Shown: positions 11,272-24,645, counted from the stretch's first letter. The stretch is DNA of 64,000 nt from Escherichia coli (GCF_003334305.1 NZ_QOWS01000018.1), one strand, 5' to 3'. The notes: generated from the letters alone by a model not told the origin. Translations and numbers: made by a program.

Positions 11272-14016
11272 TCAAATCGCGTTCAGGTCTTTCTTATTCA
11301 ACCATGCTTCCAGATCGGCAACACTGCGTGTAATTTCTTCGTGTGGAAGGGGGGCAGATAATGGCTGCTGCTCCAGTTGTGCGCATAGCTGGCTGGCGAT
11401 ACGCATTCCCAAACTCGAGCAACTGCTTTTTAGCTGATGCGCGGCACGCTTTATTTTCTCGCTATCCTGACTGGCGCGGGCAATGTCGATTTCATCGAGA
11501 AGCGGCAGGGCATGTTGTGTAAATAATACCAGCCATTCGTGGATCTTCTCCGTCCCCATTAACTGAGCATCTTCATTGAGTTGCGATACATCCAGCGATT
11601 GATCGTTATTGACTTGCAGTTGGAGATAGTGCGCCAGTAACTGACCGAGCACTTCACGCGGCACCGGTTTAGGGATAATCCCGCGGAATAATGAACTGGT
11701 ACGCTGGCGCAGCGTTTCGTCAATGACATGGGCGCTAAAGCCAATCAAAACCAGCGACGGATATTGCTGTGCCAGTTGTCGGGCAAGCGTAATGCCGTCG
11801 ACATCCGGCAGATCAAAATCCACCAGTGCGGCAGCAAACGGTTCGCTATTTTGCAGTGTCTCTAAAGCCTGCGCGGCATTGCCAACAGCAACAACCTGCG
11901 CACCACTGGTGTTCAGCATCTCAACGGTAATTCGCTGGGTTAGCGGGTTATCTTCAATTAACAGCAAACGTAAACCGTCAAGACGCACCGCCTGATTGAC
12001 TGTTTTTGGCACGGGTGCCGTGGCAACACGTAACGGCAAGCGTAAACAAAAACAGCTTCCAACCTCCGGCGTGCTGGTGGCGCTCAGTTCGCCGCCCATC
12101 GCCTGGGCCAGACGGCTACTGATAGTCAGCCCCAGCCCGGTGCCGCCGCGTTTGCCGCTTACCTGCACAAATGGCTGGAAGATTTCTGCCAGTTTCGCGG
12201 GATCAATACCGCAGCCGCTGTCTTCCACTTCGACCAGCCATTGCTCGCCATCAGTGCGACTACGCAGGATAATGTACCCTTCGTCAGTAAAACGCAGGGC
12301 GTTGCTCAACAGGTTGGTTATAACCTGACGAATACGTCGTGGATCGCCCATTAACGCGCACGGCATATCATCGGCAATTGCCGTTGCCAGGCGAATCGGG
12401 CGACCTTTCACCCGTCCGCTCATTAATTGCAGGGTACTTTCCAGCAGCGGGCGCGGTTCAAAGGGCTCATCGCTGACCGAAACATTCTTGCCACCTGCTT
12501 CGATAGCGGAATAATCGAGAATATCGTTGAGGATGGTCAGCAACGATTCACCAGAGTCAGTAATTGCCCGCAAATCATCACGCTGGGCGTTAAGTGCGGG
12601 GTTATCTGCCAGCAGTTGAGCAGTGCCGAGAATACCGTACAGCGGTGTGCGGATCTCATGGCTCATCGCCGCCAGAAACGCCGATTTTGCCTGGCTGGCT
12701 TTTTCTGCTTCCGCCCGTGCCTGTCGGTGTTCTATCACCAGTTCCTGCAATTCAGCTGTACGCGCTTTGACCTGCGCCGCCAGCTGTTCGCGGTGGCGAT
12801 TCAGTGCATGAACATTGCTGCGAAACGCATCCATCAGCCGCCCGATGGTATCCAGCTCCCGTACGCCAGCGGTTTCCGGGAAAGGGGAGTCAATATCACC
12901 GTCCAGCAGCCGTTGCAGCGCCTGCGTTTGTTCGGCAAGTGGACGCGTGACTGAGCGATAAACCACGCGCCAAAGGATCAGAATCAGTGCGCAAAGTGAA
13001 ACCATCCCCAGCAATAACAGGCTGTATTGCCCGCGTGCACTGGCTTTTTCCAGATGCGCCAGTCCGTGCTGATTACGCAGCTCAATGGTGTCGACCAGCT
13101 GACTGACTTCGCTACTAAACTGCGCGAACTGGGCGATGTTATTTTGTGCGAGAGTTTGTAGGTGATTGCTGATTTCACTGTCCTGCTGATACAGCGCCAG
13201 CAAATCGCTATATTGGCTAACGGTAGTTAACGTTGTTGCGACCTGCGCACGAACACCCGGATCTTCAATGCGTATTTGCCGACGTTGCAGAATTTTCACC
13301 GCATTATTGAGCTGCTTTTCCAGCGTTGGTGCATTTTTCTGGATCTGCTCCAGCCCCAGATTCATCACCATTTGCTGCACCCGCAGAGCGCTAAGGCGCA
13401 GTTCATTCATCTGGTTAACATACTCAAGATCGATATCAATCAGCCGATCGAGTGCACTTTCAGCAGCCTGACGCTGATCTTGTTCGATCAAATCGTAAAT
13501 CCCGGCCTGGGTCGCTCCAGCGGAAGTTGTCGCATTATTCGCCTGACCTTGCGCCAGGCGTGCGATCTCATCGGCGGCAGCGACTATCTGCTGACTGAGT
13601 TGCCGTTGTTGCTGGCGTAGTTGCAGACGCCGCCCCACCAGTTCCCCTTGCTGACGTAATGAACGGGAGATCTCCTGCTCCTGTTGTTCAATAGCGGTGG
13701 TATCAAAACCTTGTTCCCGTAACGCTTGCAGCAACGCATTAATCTTCAGGCTTTGTGCGGTGAGCATTCGCCCCTGCGCCTGCCACATCTTTTCGTTATC
13801 GGCACTGGTCAGGTTCTGCGCGGCGAAAAGTTCCCAGGCGCTGGCTTCGCTCAACTGGCGCGCCATATTCATGGTAGGAATCAATGCCTGAGTGTTGTCT
13901 TTTTCCACCTGGCTGATAAAGCGCAGGTTGTACCATCCCACCAGGGTACTGGTCAGGGTTAACAGCGCCATCAGGGCAAAGCCCATCCAGAGTCTTCGGG
14001 TCAGGGTTAAATTCAC
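11272..14016 (-). CDS. torS: TMAO-responsive hybrid sensor kinase TorS
   Basis: 914-aa ORF with histidine kinase (HEIRTPL), receiver and HPt domains. Confidence 0.95.
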   Translation of the reverse strand: MNLTLTRRLWMGFALMALLTLTSTLVGWYNLRFISQVEKDNTQALIPTMNMARQLSEASAWELFAAQNLTSADNEKMWQAQGRMLTAQSLKINALLQALREQGFDTTAIEQQEQEISRSLRQQGELVGRRLQLRQQQRQLSQQIVAAADEIARLAQGQANNATTSAGATQAGIYDLIEQDQRQAAESALDRLIDIDLEYVNQMNELRLSALRVQQMVMNLGLEQIQKNAPTLEKQLNNAVKILQRRQIRIEDPGVRAQVATTLTTVSQYSDLLALYQQDSEISNHLQTLAQNNIAQFAQFSSEVSQLVDTIELRNQHGLAHLEKASARGQYSLLLLGMVSLCALILILWRVVYRSVTRPLAEQTQALQRLLDGDIDSPFPETAGVRELDTIGRLMDAFRSNVHALNRHREQLAAQVKARTAELQELVIEHRQARAEAEKASQAKSAFLAAMSHEIRTPLYGILGTAQLLADNPALNAQRDDLRAITDSGESLLTILNDILDYSAIEAGGKNVSVSDEPFEPRPLLESTLQLMSGRVKGRPIRLATAIADDMPCALMGDPRRIRQVITNLLSNALRFTDEGYIILRSRTDGEQWLVEVEDSGCGIDPAKLAEIFQPFVQVSGKRGGTGLGLTISSRLAQAMGGELSATSTPEVGSCFCLRLPLRVATAPVPKTVNQAVRLDGLRLLLIEDNPLTQRITVEMLNTSGAQVVAVGNAAQALETLQNSEPFAAALVDFDLPDVDGITLARQLAQQYPSLVLIGFSAHVIDETLRQRTSSLFRGIIPKPVPREVLGQLLAHYLQLQVNNDQSLDVSQLNEDAQLMGTEKIHEWLVLFTQHALPLLDEIDIARASQDSEKIKRAAHQLKSSCSSLGMRIASQLCAQLEQQPLSAPLPHEEITRSVADLEAWLNKKDLNAI

Positions 14017-14098
14017 GGTCGGTGCACTTTAGGTGAAAAAGGTTGAGTCGCAAAGCAGAATGCATCTAGCATAAAGCCTTATTATTGATGAGGCTATC

Positions 14099-15127
14099 AT
14101 GCGCGTACTGCTATTTTTACTTCTTTCCCTTTTCATGTTATCGGCATTTTCGGCTGATAACCTGTTGCGCTGGCATGATGCGCAGCATTACACGGTGCAA
14201 GCCTCTACGCCGCTTAAAGCCAAACGCGCATGGAAACTGTGCGCGCTTTATCCCAGCCTGAAAGATTCATACTGGTTATCGTTGAACTATGGTATGCAGG
14301 AGGCAGCTCGCCGCTATGGTGTGGATTTAAAAGTGCTGGAGGCAGGCGGCTACAGCCAGTTGGCTACCCAGCAAGCACAAATCGACCAGTGTAAACAGTG
14401 GGGCGCAGAGGCCATTTTGCTCGGTAGTAGCACTACGTCATTTCCCGACCTGCAAAAGCAGGTAGCAAATCTGCCGGTGATCGAACTGGTAAATGCTCTT
14501 GATGATCCCCTGGTGAAAAGCCGCGTTGGTGTACCCTGGTTTCAGATGGGCTATCAACCTGGGCGATATTTGGTGCAATGGGCGCACGGTAAACCACTGA
14601 ACGTGCTGTTGATGCCCGGACCCGATAATGCCGGGGGCAGTAAAGAGATGGTCGAGGGTTTTCGCGCAGCCATTGCCGGAAGCCCGGTGCGTATTGTTGA
14701 TATTGCGCTTGGTGATAACGATATTGAAATCCAGCGTAACCTGTTGCAGGAGATGCTGGAACGCCACCCAGAAATCGACGTCGTTGCCGGAACGGCCATT
14801 GCGGCAGAGGCGGCAATGGGTGAAGGGCGTAACCTGAAAACGCCGCTTACCGTGGTGTCGTTTTATCTTTCACATCAGGTGTATCGCGGGCTGAAGCGGG
14901 GAAGAGTGATTATGGCTGCCAGCGATCAAATGGTCTGGCAGGGGGAACTGGCGGTTGAGCAGGCCATCAGGCAATTACAGGGGCAATCGGTGTCTGATAA
15001 TGTCAGCCCACCGATTTTAGTTCTGACGCCGAAAAATGCCGACCGTGAACATATTCGCCGCTCGCTGTCACCAGGGGGATTTCGTCCGGTCTATTTTTAT
15101 CAGCACACATCAGCGGCTAAGAAATAA
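14099..15127 (+). CDS. torT: Periplasmic TMAO-binding protein TorT
   Basis: 342-aa periplasmic binding-protein fold with signal peptide; synteny. Confidence 0.9.
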   Translation: MRVLLFLLLSLFMLSAFSADNLLRWHDAQHYTVQASTPLKAKRAWKLCALYPSLKDSYWLSLNYGMQEAARRYGVDLKVLEAGGYSQLATQQAQIDQCKQWGAEAILLGSSTTSFPDLQKQVANLPVIELVNALDDPLVKSRVGVPWFQMGYQPGRYLVQWAHGKPLNVLLMPGPDNAGGSKEMVEGFRAAIAGSPVRIVDIALGDNDIEIQRNLLQEMLERHPEIDVVAGTAIAAEAAMGEGRNLKTPLTVVSFYLSHQVYRGLKRGRVIMAASDQMVWQGELAVEQAIRQLQGQSVSDNVSPPILVLTPKNADREHIRRSLSPGGFRPVYFYQHTSAAKK

Positions 15128-15792
15128 CCTTCACCATGTTGCGTCACCAGTAAATCCGCGCTGAGTTTATGACGTAAACGACGAATTAACACATCGACGG
15201 TGCGCAGGTCAGGGTTTTCCACCCGACGCGCAGAAAGCATACGTAGCAGACGTTCACGGCTGAGAATTTCGCCCGGATTCGTCACAAATGCCACCAACAT
15301 TTCATACTCTGCGCGGGTCAGTTTAATCGGCTCGCCATCCCGCTCCAGCGTATGGCGCGACACATTCAGGCAATAACCGGCAAAGCGATAGCAGTTGTCC
15401 TGAGTGTGCGGTTGAGCTTGTCGCGCGAGGTCGATTCGCCAGAGCAGATTTTTCACCCGTACTACCAGTTCGCGCAGTTCCAGCGGTTTGGTGACGTAAT
15501 CGTCTGCGCCCATTTCCAGCCCAACAATACGGTCAATCCGATCGCTGCGTCCGGTAACCAGAATAATCCCCACCGTTGAGCGTTCTCGCAGGGCGCGGGT
15601 TAACATCAGGCCATTTTCATCGGGTAAGTTGATATCCAGCAGAATTAAATCTACCGGCTGATTCTGCATAATTTCCCGCAGCCCGGCACCGCTCGCTGTA
15701 ACGGAAACGGTATACCCCTCCTGAGTGAAGTAAGATTGTAATCGCGCCTGGGTAACCGGCTCATCTTCAACAATAACAATGTGATGTGGCAT
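15100..15792 (-). CDS. torR: Response regulator TorR (OmpR family)
   Basis: 230-aa receiver plus winged-helix domains. Confidence 0.9.
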   Translation of the reverse strand: MPHHIVIVEDEPVTQARLQSYFTQEGYTVSVTASGAGLREIMQNQPVDLILLDINLPDENGLMLTRALRERSTVGIILVTGRSDRIDRIVGLEMGADDYVTKPLELRELVVRVKNLLWRIDLARQAQPHTQDNCYRFAGYCLNVSRHTLERDGEPIKLTRAEYEMLVAFVTNPGEILSRERLLRMLSARRVENPDLRTVDVLIRRLRHKLSADLLVTQHGEGYFLAADVC

Positions 15793-15921
15793 CAGAGGGT
15801 TTTACTCATTCTGTTCATATCTGTTCATATTCTGCCGTAAGCCGTTCATCCTGACCAGTGCCGCTGTTCATATTTGCTCATTAAGATCGCTTCACTAAAC
15901 CATAATTTTACAGGGGCTATT

Positions 15922-17094
15922 ATGCGGAAACTCTGGAACGCGCTACGCCGACCCAGTGCTCGTTGGTCGGTACTGGCGCTGGTCGCAATTGGGATTGTGA
16001 TTGGCATTGCGCTGATTGTATTGCCACACGTTGGGATCAAAGTCACCAGCACAACCGAATTTTGTGTCAGTTGCCACAGTATGCAACCGGTGTATGAAGA
16101 ATATAAACAGTCGGTGCATTTCCAGAACGCCTCCGGCGTGCGAGCTGAATGCCATGACTGTCATATCCCGCCGGATATTCCAGGCATGGTGAAGCGCAAA
16201 CTGGAAGCGAGCAATGATATCTACCAGACCTTTATTGCTCACTCCATTGATACACCTGAAAAATTCGAAGCCAAACGCGCGGAACTTGCCGAGCGTGAAT
16301 GGGCGCGAATGAAAGAAAACAACTCGGCAACCTGCCGCTCCTGCCATAACTACGATGCGATGGATCATGCGAAGCAGCATCCTGAAGCGGCACGTCAGAT
16401 GAAGGTGGCAGCGAAAGATAATCAATCCTGCATCGACTGTCATAAAGGTATTGCCCACCAGTTACCGGATATGAGTAGCGGCTTCCGTAAGCAGTTCGAT
16501 GAGCTGCGCGCCAGTGCTAATGACAGTGGTGACACGCTGTACTCTATTGATATTAAGCCAATTTATGCGGCGAAAGGCGATAAAGAAGCCTCTGGTTCTC
16601 TGCTGCCTGCTTCGGAAGTGAAAGTCCTTAAACGTGACGGCGACTGGCTGCAAATTGAAATTACCGGCTGGACGGAAAGCGCCGGACGTCAGCGTGTACT
16701 CACCCAATTCCCAGGTAAACGCATCTTTGTTGCCTCGATTCGTGGTGATGTGCAGCAGCAGGTAAAAACGCTGGAGAAAACCACCGTTGCCGACACCAAT
16801 ACCGAGTGGAGCAAGTTGCAGGCCACCGCATGGATGAAGAAAGGCGACATGGTGAACGATATCAAACCGATCTGGGCCTATGCGGATTCGTTGTACAACG
16901 GCACCTGTAACCAGTGCCACGGCGCACCGGAAATCGCCCACTTTGACGCTAACGGTTGGATCGGCACGCTCAACGGCATGATTGGCTTTACCAGTCTCGA
17001 TAAACGTGAAGAACGCACTTTGTTGAAATATCTGCAAATGAATGCGTCTGACACCGCAGGTAAGGCTCACGGCGATAAGAAGGAAGAAAAATAA
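15922..17094 (+). CDS. torC: Pentahaem c-type cytochrome TorC
   Basis: Multiple CxxCH haem-binding motifs; start taken at MRKLWNAL (390 aa). Confidence 0.9.
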   Translation: MRKLWNALRRPSARWSVLALVAIGIVIGIALIVLPHVGIKVTSTTEFCVSCHSMQPVYEEYKQSVHFQNASGVRAECHDCHIPPDIPGMVKRKLEASNDIYQTFIAHSIDTPEKFEAKRAELAEREWARMKENNSATCRSCHNYDAMDHAKQHPEAARQMKVAAKDNQSCIDCHKGIAHQLPDMSSGFRKQFDELRASANDSGDTLYSIDIKPIYAAKGDKEASGSLLPASEVKVLKRDGDWLQIEITGWTESAGRQRVLTQFPGKRIFVASIRGDVQQQVKTLEKTTVADTNTEWSKLQATAWMKKGDMVNDIKPIWAYADSLYNGTCNQCHGAPEIAHFDANGWIGTLNGMIGFTSLDKREERTLLKYLQMNASDTAGKAHGDKKEEK

Positions 17095-19640
17095 TGAACA
17101 ATAACGATCTCTTTCAGGCATCACGTCGGCGTTTTCTGGCACAACTCGGCGGCTTAACCGTCGCCGGGATGCTGGGGCCGTCATTGTTAACGCCGCGCCG
17201 TGCGACTGCGGCGCAAGCGGCGACTGAGGCTGTCATCTCGAAAGAGGGCATTCTTACCGGGTCGCACTGGGGGGCTATCCGCGCGACGGTGAAGGATGGT
17301 CGCTTTGTGGCGGCAAAACCGTTCGAACTGGATAAATATCCGTCGAAAATGATTGCCGGATTGCCGGATCACGTACACAACGCGGCGCGTATTCGTTATC
17401 CGATGGTACGCGTGGACTGGCTGCGTAAGCGCCATCTCAGCGATACCTCCCAGCGCGGTGATAACCGTTTTGTGCGCGTGAGCTGGGATGAAGCCCTCGA
17501 CATGTTCTATGAAGAACTGGAACGCGTGCAGAAAACTCACGGGCCGAGTGCCTTGCTGACCGCCAGTGGTTGGCAATCGACGGGGATGTTCCATAACGCT
17601 TCGGGGATGCTGGCGAAAGCTATTGCCTTGCATGGTAATAGCGTTGGTACGGGCGGAGATTACTCTACCGGTGCTGCGCAGGTGATCCTGCCGCGCGTGG
17701 TTGGCTCAATGGAAGTGTATGAACAGCAAACCTCCTGGCCGCTGGTATTGCAGAACAGCAAAACCATTGTGCTGTGGGGCTCTGATTTGCTGAAAAACCA
17801 GCAAGCGAACTGGTGGTGCCCGGATCACGATGTTTATGAATATTACGCGCAGCTAAAAGCGAAAGTCGCCGCCGGTGAAATTGAGGTCATCTGCATCGAT
17901 CCGGTTGTCACATCCACCCATGAGTATCTGGGGCGCGAGCATGTGAAGCACATTGCGGTTAACCCGCAAACTGATGTGCCGCTGCAACTGGCGCTGGCGT
18001 ATACGCTGTACAGTGAAAACCTGTACGACAAAAACTTCCTCGCTAACTACTGTGTGGGTTTTGAGCAGTTCCTGCCGTACCTGCTGGGTGAGAAAGACGG
18101 TCAGCCGAAAGATGCCGCATGGGCTGAAAAACTGACCGGCATTGATGCCGAAACCATTCGTGGGCTGGCGCGGCAGATGGCGGCGAACAGAACGCAAATT
18201 ATTGCTGGCTGGTGCGTGCAGCGTATGCAGCACGGTGAACAGTGGGCGTGGATGATTGTGGTTCTGGCGGCGATGCTGGGGCAAATTGGCCTGCCAGGTG
18301 GTGGCTTTGGTTTTGGCTGGCACTATAACGGCGCAGGCACGCCGGGGCGTAAAGGCGTTATTCTGAGTGGTTTCTCCGGCTCTACGTCGATTCCGCCTGT
18401 TCACGACAACAGTGATTACAAAGGCTACAGCAGCACCATTCCGATTGCCCGTTTTATCGATGCGATCCTCGAACCGGGGAAAGTGATCAACTGGAACGGT
18501 AAATCGGTAAAACTGCCGCCGCTGAAAATGTGTATTTTTGCCGGAACTAACCCATTCCATCGCCATCAGCAGATCAACCGCATTATTGAAGGCTGGCGCA
18601 AGCTGGAAACGGTTATCGCCATAGATAACCAGTGGACCTCAACCTGCCGCTTTGCCGATATCGTGCTGCCTGCGACCACGCAGTTTGAGCGTAACGATCT
18701 CGACCAGTACGGCAACCACTCCAACCGTGGCATTATCGCCATGAAACAGGTGGTGCCGCCGCAGTTCGAGGCGCGCAACGACTTTGATATTTTCCGCGAG
18801 CTGTGCCGTCGCTTTAATCGCGAAGAAGCCTTTACCGAAGGGCTGGACGAAATGGGCTGGCTGAAACGCATCTGGCAGGAAGGTGTACAACAAGGCAAAG
18901 GACGCGGCGTTCATCTGCCAGCGTTTGATGACTTCTGGAATAACAAAGAGTACGTCGAGTTTGACCATCCGCAGATGTTTGTTCGCCACCAGGCATTCCG
19001 CGAAGATCCGGATCTCGAACCGCTGGGCACGCCGAGTGGCCTGATTGAGATCTACTCGAAAACCATCGCCGATATGAACTACGACGATTGTCAGGGGCAT
19101 CCGATGTGGTTTGAGAAAATCGAACGCTCCCACGGTGGGCCCGGCTCGCAGAAGTATCCGTTGCATCTGCAATCTGTGCATCCGGATTTCCGACTTCACT
19201 CGCAGTTATGTGAGTCGGAAACTCTGCGTCAGCAATATACGGTAGCGGGTAAAGAGCCTGTGTTCATTAACCCGCAGGATGCCAGCGCGCGCGGTATTCG
19301 TAACGGTGATGTGGTACGCGTCTTTAACGCTCGCGGTCAGGTGTTGGCAGGGGCAGTAGTTTCTGACCGCTATGCACCCGGCGTGGCACGAATTCACGAA
19401 GGGGCATGGTACGATCCAGATAAAGGCGGCGAGCCTGGTGCGCTGTGCAAATACGGTAACCCCAACGTGCTGACCATCGACATCGGTACTTCGCAGCTGG
19501 CGCAGGCGACCAGTGCGCACACTACGCTGGTGGAAATTGAGAAGTACACTGGAGCAGTGGAGCAGGTGACGGCGTTTAACGGCCCTGTGGAGATGGTGGC
19601 GCAGTGCGAATATGTTCCCGCGTCGCAGGTGAAATCATGA
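17094..19640 (+). CDS. torA: Trimethylamine-N-oxide reductase TorA (molybdoenzyme)
   Basis: 848-aa ORF with twin-arginine signal ([10 protein letters not shown]) and molybdopterin oxidoreductase sequence. Confidence 0.95.
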   Translation: MNNNDLFQASRRRFLAQLGGLTVAGMLGPSLLTPRRATAAQAATEAVISKEGILTGSHWGAIRATVKDGRFVAAKPFELDKYPSKMIAGLPDHVHNAARIRYPMVRVDWLRKRHLSDTSQRGDNRFVRVSWDEALDMFYEELERVQKTHGPSALLTASGWQSTGMFHNASGMLAKAIALHGNSVGTGGDYSTGAAQVILPRVVGSMEVYEQQTSWPLVLQNSKTIVLWGSDLLKNQQANWWCPDHDVYEYYAQLKAKVAAGEIEVICIDPVVTSTHEYLGREHVKHIAVNPQTDVPLQLALAYTLYSENLYDKNFLANYCVGFEQFLPYLLGEKDGQPKDAAWAEKLTGIDAETIRGLARQMAANRTQIIAGWCVQRMQHGEQWAWMIVVLAAMLGQIGLPGGGFGFGWHYNGAGTPGRKGVILSGFSGSTSIPPVHDNSDYKGYSSTIPIARFIDAILEPGKVINWNGKSVKLPPLKMCIFAGTNPFHRHQQINRIIEGWRKLETVIAIDNQWTSTCRFADIVLPATTQFERNDLDQYGNHSNRGIIAMKQVVPPQFEARNDFDIFRELCRRFNREEAFTEGLDEMGWLKRIWQEGVQQGKGRGVHLPAFDDFWNNKEYVEFDHPQMFVRHQAFREDPDLEPLGTPSGLIEIYSKTIADMNYDDCQGHPMWFEKIERSHGGPGSQKYPLHLQSVHPDFRLHSQLCESETLRQQYTVAGKEPVFINPQDASARGIRNGDVVRVFNARGQVLAGAVVSDRYAPGVARIHEGAWYDPDKGGEPGALCKYGNPNVLTIDIGTSQLAQATSAHTTLVEIEKYTGAVEQVTAFNGPVEMVAQCEYVPASQVKS

Positions 19641-20236
19641 CCACGCTGACAGCACAACAGATTGCCTGTGTTTACGCCTGGCTGGCGCAGTTGTTCTCCC
19701 GTGAACTGGACGATGAACAACTGACGCAAATCGCCAGTGCGCAGATGGCTGAATGGTTTTCGTTGCTGAAAAGCGAACCGCCGCTGGCTGCGGCGGTGAA
19801 TGAGCTGGAAAACTGTATTGCCACGCTGACAGTACGTGACGATGCCCGTCTGGAACTGGCCGCTGACTTTTGCGGCCTGTTTCTGATGACCGACAAACAA
19901 GCGGCGCTGCCGTATGCATCGGCCTACAAACAGGACGAGCAAGAGATTAAACGCTTGTTAGTTGAGGCAGGGATGGAAACCAGCGGCAATTTCAACGAAC
20001 CGGCAGATCATCTGGCGATCTATCTCGAATTGCTCAGCCATCTGCATTTTTCGCTGGGAGAGGGGACCGTTCCTGCGCGAAGAATCGACAGTTTGCGGCA
20101 AAAAACACTGACGGCGCTGTGGCAATGGTTACCAGAGTTTGTTGCGCGTTGCCATCAGCATGACAGCTTTGGTTTTTACGCGGCACTAAGCCAGTTATTG
20201 CTGGTGTTAGTGGAGTGCGACCACCAAAACAGATAA
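19637..20236 (+). CDS. torD: TorA-specific chaperone TorD
   Basis: Start taken at [20 protein letters not shown] (199 aa). Confidence 0.9.
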   Translation: MTTLTAQQIACVYAWLAQLFSRELDDEQLTQIASAQMAEWFSLLKSEPPLAAAVNELENCIATLTVRDDARLELAADFCGLFLMTDKQAALPYASAYKQDEQEIKRLLVEAGMETSGNFNEPADHLAIYLELLSHLHFSLGEGTVPARRIDSLRQKTLTALWQWLPEFVARCHQHDSFGFYAALSQLLLVLVECDHQNR

Positions 20237-20244
20237 CGTCGTTT

Positions 20245-20330
20245 GTGCGCCTGAAAAGACGCGTTTAGCGTCGCATCAGGCATTATGGGGCAGTTGCCGG
20301 ATGCGTCATCACATCCGGCAAACACACATC
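20245..20330. repeat. REP/BIME-like palindromic repeats between torD and cbpM
   Basis: gacgcgtttagcgtcgcatcaggc and gccggatgcg...catccggc palindromic units. Confidence 0.6.
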
Positions 20331-20634
20331 ACGGATGAGTTACAAACCGGGAAAGTCGCTGGCGCAGCAGGCGGTTTTCCTGCTTCAGGTGCGCAATATC
20401 ATCCATTAACGTCAGCGCCACCGCGATCCCAGGCCAGTCCAGAGCCAGTTCATGACGCAGGCGTACTGCGCGTTGCACCACGATGGCGGCATGGTCGTCA
20501 AATACCCAGGTTGTTTCCTGGATCTCACGCGGTTCAACCACCCCCAAACCGACAATTTCATTCAACTCCTCTTCAGAGATGCCGGTATGCAGGCAAAATT
20601 CGGTAATAGTAAAAGTCACCGTAACATTAGCCAT
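20329..20634 (-). CDS. cbpM: Chaperone modulator CbpM
   Basis: Start taken at [13 protein letters not shown] (101 aa); start overlaps the cbpA stop (TAATG). Confidence 0.85.
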   Translation of the reverse strand: MANVTVTFTITEFCLHTGISEEELNEIVGLGVVEPREIQETTWVFDDHAAIVVQRAVRLRHELALDWPGIAVALTLMDDIAHLKQENRLLRQRLSRFVTHP

Positions 20635-21554
20635 TATGCTTTCCCCCAATCTTTACGTGGATCAAAAGACGACTGGGCGTCTGCCAGTTGCTGCCACAGC
20701 GCGGCAGTGTTTTCATCCGGTTTCGGCGGCATCACGATTTTCAGTACCGCATACAGATCGCCGGTCTGTTTTTTGCTCACCAGACCTTTGCCTTTAACGC
20801 GCAATCGTTGCCCGGCCTGGCTGCCTGGCGGGATAGTCAGCAAAATGCTTTCTTTCAGTGTTGGAACGGTGACTTTAGCACCCAGCGCCGCTTCCCACGG
20901 GCTAACCGGCACTACAATTTCCAGATCATGGCCGACAATATCGAACAGCGGATGTGGCGCAATATGAATCACCAGCCACAAATCGCCATTTGGACCGCCG
21001 TTTTCGCCCGGCGTCCCCTGGCCTTTCAGACGGATGCGTTGACCATTGCCGACGCCCGCCGGGATCTTGACATTCAGCGTTTTCGGAATTTCCTGTTCGA
21101 TCATGCCAAAGGCGTTATAAACCGGCAGGTTATAGCTGATGGTACGCTTATGCTCAGTCAGCGTTTCTTCGAGGAATACCGCCACTTCGATTTCAATATC
21201 GTGGCCGCGTGCGGCGGGGCGTTGACGGCTCTGGCGGGCATGCTGACCGAAAATTGACGAGAAGATATCGTCAAAATCTTCGGCATTAAAACTCTGACCG
21301 TCGCCATGATGGAACTGACGGTTAAATTGCGGATCGTTGCGATGTTGCCACATCTGATCATACTCAGCGCGACGTTGTTCATCACTTAACACTTCCCAGG
21401 CTTCAGCGACCTCTTTGAAGCGGGCTTCGGCATCCGGTTCTTTGCTGACATCAGGATGGTATTTGCGGGCCAGTCGACGATAGGCGGTCTTGATTGTCTT
21501 GAGATCGTCCGTCGGTTTCACGCCCATGATGGCGTAATAATCCTTTAATTCCAT
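20634..21554 (-). CDS. cbpA: Curved-DNA-binding DnaJ-like protein CbpA
   Basis: 306-aa ORF with J domain ([12 protein letters not shown]...YHPD). Confidence 0.9.
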   Translation of the reverse strand: MELKDYYAIMGVKPTDDLKTIKTAYRRLARKYHPDVSKEPDAEARFKEVAEAWEVLSDEQRRAEYDQMWQHRNDPQFNRQFHHGDGQSFNAEDFDDIFSSIFGQHARQSRQRPAARGHDIEIEVAVFLEETLTEHKRTISYNLPVYNAFGMIEQEIPKTLNVKIPAGVGNGQRIRLKGQGTPGENGGPNGDLWLVIHIAPHPLFDIVGHDLEIVVPVSPWEAALGAKVTVPTLKESILLTIPPGSQAGQRLRVKGKGLVSKKQTGDLYAVLKIVMPPKPDENTAALWQQLADAQSSFDPRKDWGKA

Positions 21555-21814
21555 AGCGTTATCTCGCGTAAATCAACACAAATTGAAGGAACCCCTGTAA
21601 GGTAACTCCTATAAGTGTAGGGTAATCCTCAAAATTTCATATGCCAACACAGAATATGTTATTGAAATCATCGCGGAGAGGAGGTCGCCATCAAGATGGG
21701 TTGCTGAACATATTTTAAACAGGTGAAAAAGGGTGAGCGATTTTTGATAGTTGAACCAGGCACTTTAAGTTTAACTGGGGCGTCATTATTTATTAAATTT
21801 TATAGACGCTATAT

Positions 21815-23074
21815 ATGGGTAGTAATATACATGGAATTAGTTGCACTGCAAATAATTATTTGAAACAGGCCTGGAACGATATAAAAAATGAGTACGAAAA
21901 AAATCAAACATATTCAATCGCGCTTTTTGAAAACACACTGGTGTGTTTTATGCGGTTATACAATGAACTCAGACGTAAAGTAAATGAAGAGGATACTCCA
22001 TGTCTGGAATGTGAATCACTAGAAAAAGAATTTGAGGAAATGCAGAATGATAATGATCTATCATTATTTATGAGAACATTGCGTACTAATGATACACAAA
22101 TTTATTCAGGGGTTTCAGGAGGTATTACATATACTATACAATATGTTCAAAATGTTGATATTGTTAGAGTGTCCTTGCCGGGCAGAGGTTCAGAGTCTAT
22201 CACAGATTTTAAAGGTTATTATTGGTATGGCTTTATGGAATATATTGAAAACATTACTGCGTGTGATGATGTTTTTTCTGAGTATTGTTTAGATGATAAT
22301 GAAAATATGAGTATCCAGCCAGCGCGGATAAATACGCCGGGAATATCTGATTTGGATTCTGGCATTGATTTATCTGGTATATCTTTTATTCAGCGTGAAA
22401 CTAACCAGGCATTAGGATTAAAATCTGCTCCTGTAGATGGCGATGGATATTGTCTGTTAAGGGCCATACTGGTTTTAAAAGAACATGATTATTCATGGGC
22501 GCTGGGCAGTTATAAGACGCAAAAGGAAGTTTACAACGAATTCATTAAAATGGTTGATAAAAAAACGATCGAGGCTCTTGTTGATACGGCATTCAATGAT
22601 CTCAGGGAAGATGCTAAGACATTATTTGGCGTTGATCTGCAATCTGACAACAAAATTCAGGGTGTGGGTAGTTTTATGTCATGGAGCTTTCTGTTTTTTA
22701 AAAAAGAATTCATTGATAGTTGCTTGTATGACAAAAAATGCATACTGCATTTACCCGAGTTTATATTTAATGATAACAAGACACGCCTTGTTTTAGACTC
22801 CGCCCCAGAGAAGATGATTAATGAGGTGAAAAATTTCCTCACTGCTCTTTCAGATAGCATTTGCTCATTATTTATTGTTAATAGTAACGTGGCATCAATC
22901 TCCTTAGGGAATGAATCCTTTTCAACAGATGAAGATCTTGAGTATGGTTATTTAATAAACACTGGCAATCATTATGACGTTTACCTCCCTCCTGAACTTT
23001 TTGCTCAGGCTTATAAGTTAAGAAATAAGGAAATGAATGCGCAACTCGACTATTTAAATCGTTATGCAATTTAA
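21815..23074 (+). CDS. yccE: Uncharacterised protein YccE
   Basis: 419-aa AT-rich ORF in the expected position between cbpA and agp. Confidence 0.75.
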   Translation: MGSNIHGISCTANNYLKQAWNDIKNEYEKNQTYSIALFENTLVCFMRLYNELRRKVNEEDTPCLECESLEKEFEEMQNDNDLSLFMRTLRTNDTQIYSGVSGGITYTIQYVQNVDIVRVSLPGRGSESITDFKGYYWYGFMEYIENITACDDVFSEYCLDDNENMSIQPARINTPGISDLDSGIDLSGISFIQRETNQALGLKSAPVDGDGYCLLRAILVLKEHDYSWALGSYKTQKEVYNEFIKMVDKKTIEALVDTAFNDLREDAKTLFGVDLQSDNKIQGVGSFMSWSFLFFKKEFIDSCLYDKKCILHLPEFIFNDNKTRLVLDSAPEKMINEVKNFLTALSDSICSLFIVNSNVASISLGNESFSTDEDLEYGYLINTGNHYDVYLPPELFAQAYKLRNKEMNAQLDYLNRYAI

Positions 23075-23366
23075 TGACAAAGGTATGTGCTAAAAACCAT
23101 TGTTATTAGCCTCACTTCTCTTATTATTGGTACTATTGCCTCTGTATTAGTAACGCCGCTGATATTCTGTTTAGCCACAGGTGTAATCATCAGCGGTGTA
23201 CGCGAGGCAGGGGATAAGCAGGCATAGTTTGCATCAAACCTTGCCTGTTTTTAAAGATGTATATAGAAAACAGGCGTTCAGCAAGCCATTTTGCGAACCT
23301 GTTCCCGGAAAAATGTCATATTTCTGTCACACTCTTTAGTGATTGATAACAAAAGAGGTGCCATGA

Positions 23367-24608
23367 ATGAACAAAACGCTAATCGCCACAACTGTGGCAG
23401 GGATAGTTTTACTCGCTTCAAATGCTCAGGCACAAACCGTACCGGAAGGCTATCAGCTACAGCAAGTGCTCATGATGAGCCGCCATAACTTACGTGCGCC
23501 GCTGGCGAACAATGGCAGTGTGCTGGAGCAGTCGACGCCGAATAAATGGCCCGAATGGGACGTCCCCGGTGGGCAACTCACCACCAAAGGTGGCGTGCTC
23601 GAAGTGTATATGGGTCATTACATGCGTGAATGGCTGGCAGAGCAGGGGATGGTGAAATCGGGGGAATGCCCGCCGCCAGACACCGTTTATGCCTATGCCA
23701 ATAGTCTGCAACGTACCGTTGCGACCGCACAGTTCTTTATTACCGGCGCATTCCCGGGGTGTGATATTCCTGTGCATCACCAGGAAAAAATGGGCACTAT
23801 GGACCCAACCTTTAACCCGGTGATCACCGATGATTCCGCCGCATTCAGTGAACAGGCGGTGGCGGCAATGGAGAAAGAGCTCAGCAAACTCCAGCTTACC
23901 GACAGCTACCAGCTACTGGAAAAAATCGTTAACTATAAAGATTCCCCTGCCTGTAAAGAGAAACAACAGTGTTCGCTGGTGGATGGCAAAAATACCTTTA
24001 GCGCCAAGTATCAACAAGAACCAGGTGTTTCCGGGCCGCTGAAAGTCGGCAACTCGCTGGTAGATGCGTTTACTTTGCAATATTACGAAGGTTTTCCGAT
24101 GGATCAGGTGGCCTGGGGAGAAATCAAATCTGACCAGCAGTGGAAGGTGTTGTCGAAGCTTAAAAACGGCTACCAGGACAGCCTGTTTACCTCACCGGAA
24201 GTGGCGCGCAATGTTGCGAAACCGCTGGTCAGTTATATCGACAAAGCTCTGGTCACCGATCGCACCAGCGCACCGAAAATTACAGTGTTGGTTGGGCACG
24301 ACTCCAACATTGCCTCTCTGTTAACGGCGCTGGATTTCAAACCGTATCAGTTGCATGACCAGAACGAACGCACGCCGATTGGCGGCAAAATCGTTTTCCA
24401 GCGTTGGCATGACAGCAAAGCCAATCGCGATTTGATGAAAATTGAATATGTGTATCAGAGTGCGGAACAGTTACGTAATGCCGATGCGTTAACCCTGCAG
24501 GCACCTGCTCAGCGTGTGACGCTGGAATTAAGCGGTTGCCCGATAGATGCCAACGGTTTCTGCCCGATGGATAAATTTGATAGCGTGTTGAATGAAGCGG
24601 TGAAATAA
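23367..24608 (+). CDS. agp: Periplasmic glucose-1-phosphatase Agp (histidine acid phosphatase)
   Basis: Signal peptide plus RHNLRAP active-site motif; 413 aa. Confidence 0.9.
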   Translation: MNKTLIATTVAGIVLLASNAQAQTVPEGYQLQQVLMMSRHNLRAPLANNGSVLEQSTPNKWPEWDVPGGQLTTKGGVLEVYMGHYMREWLAEQGMVKSGECPPPDTVYAYANSLQRTVATAQFFITGAFPGCDIPVHHQEKMGTMDPTFNPVITDDSAAFSEQAVAAMEKELSKLQLTDSYQLLEKIVNYKDSPACKEKQQCSLVDGKNTFSAKYQQEPGVSGPLKVGNSLVDAFTLQYYEGFPMDQVAWGEIKSDQQWKVLSKLKNGYQDSLFTSPEVARNVAKPLVSYIDKALVTDRTSAPKITVLVGHDSNIASLLTALDFKPYQLHDQNERTPIGGKIVFQRWHDSKANRDLMKIEYVYQSAEQLRNADALTLQAPAQRVTLELSGCPIDANGFCPMDKFDSVLNEAVK

Positions 24609-24610
24609 CA

Positions 24611-24640
24611 GAAAACTCCCCCGCGAGAAGCGGGGGAGTC
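24611..24640. terminator. Hairpin terminator between convergent agp and yccJ
   Basis: ctcccccgc-gagaa-gcgggggag perfect stem-loop. Confidence 0.6.
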
Positions 24641-24645
24641 GCTGG

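Noticed and set aside
23075-23366. Possible small hydrophobic peptide gene between yccE and agp
   Set aside because: I could not establish a consistent reading frame with a start codon and RBS by eye; left unannotated
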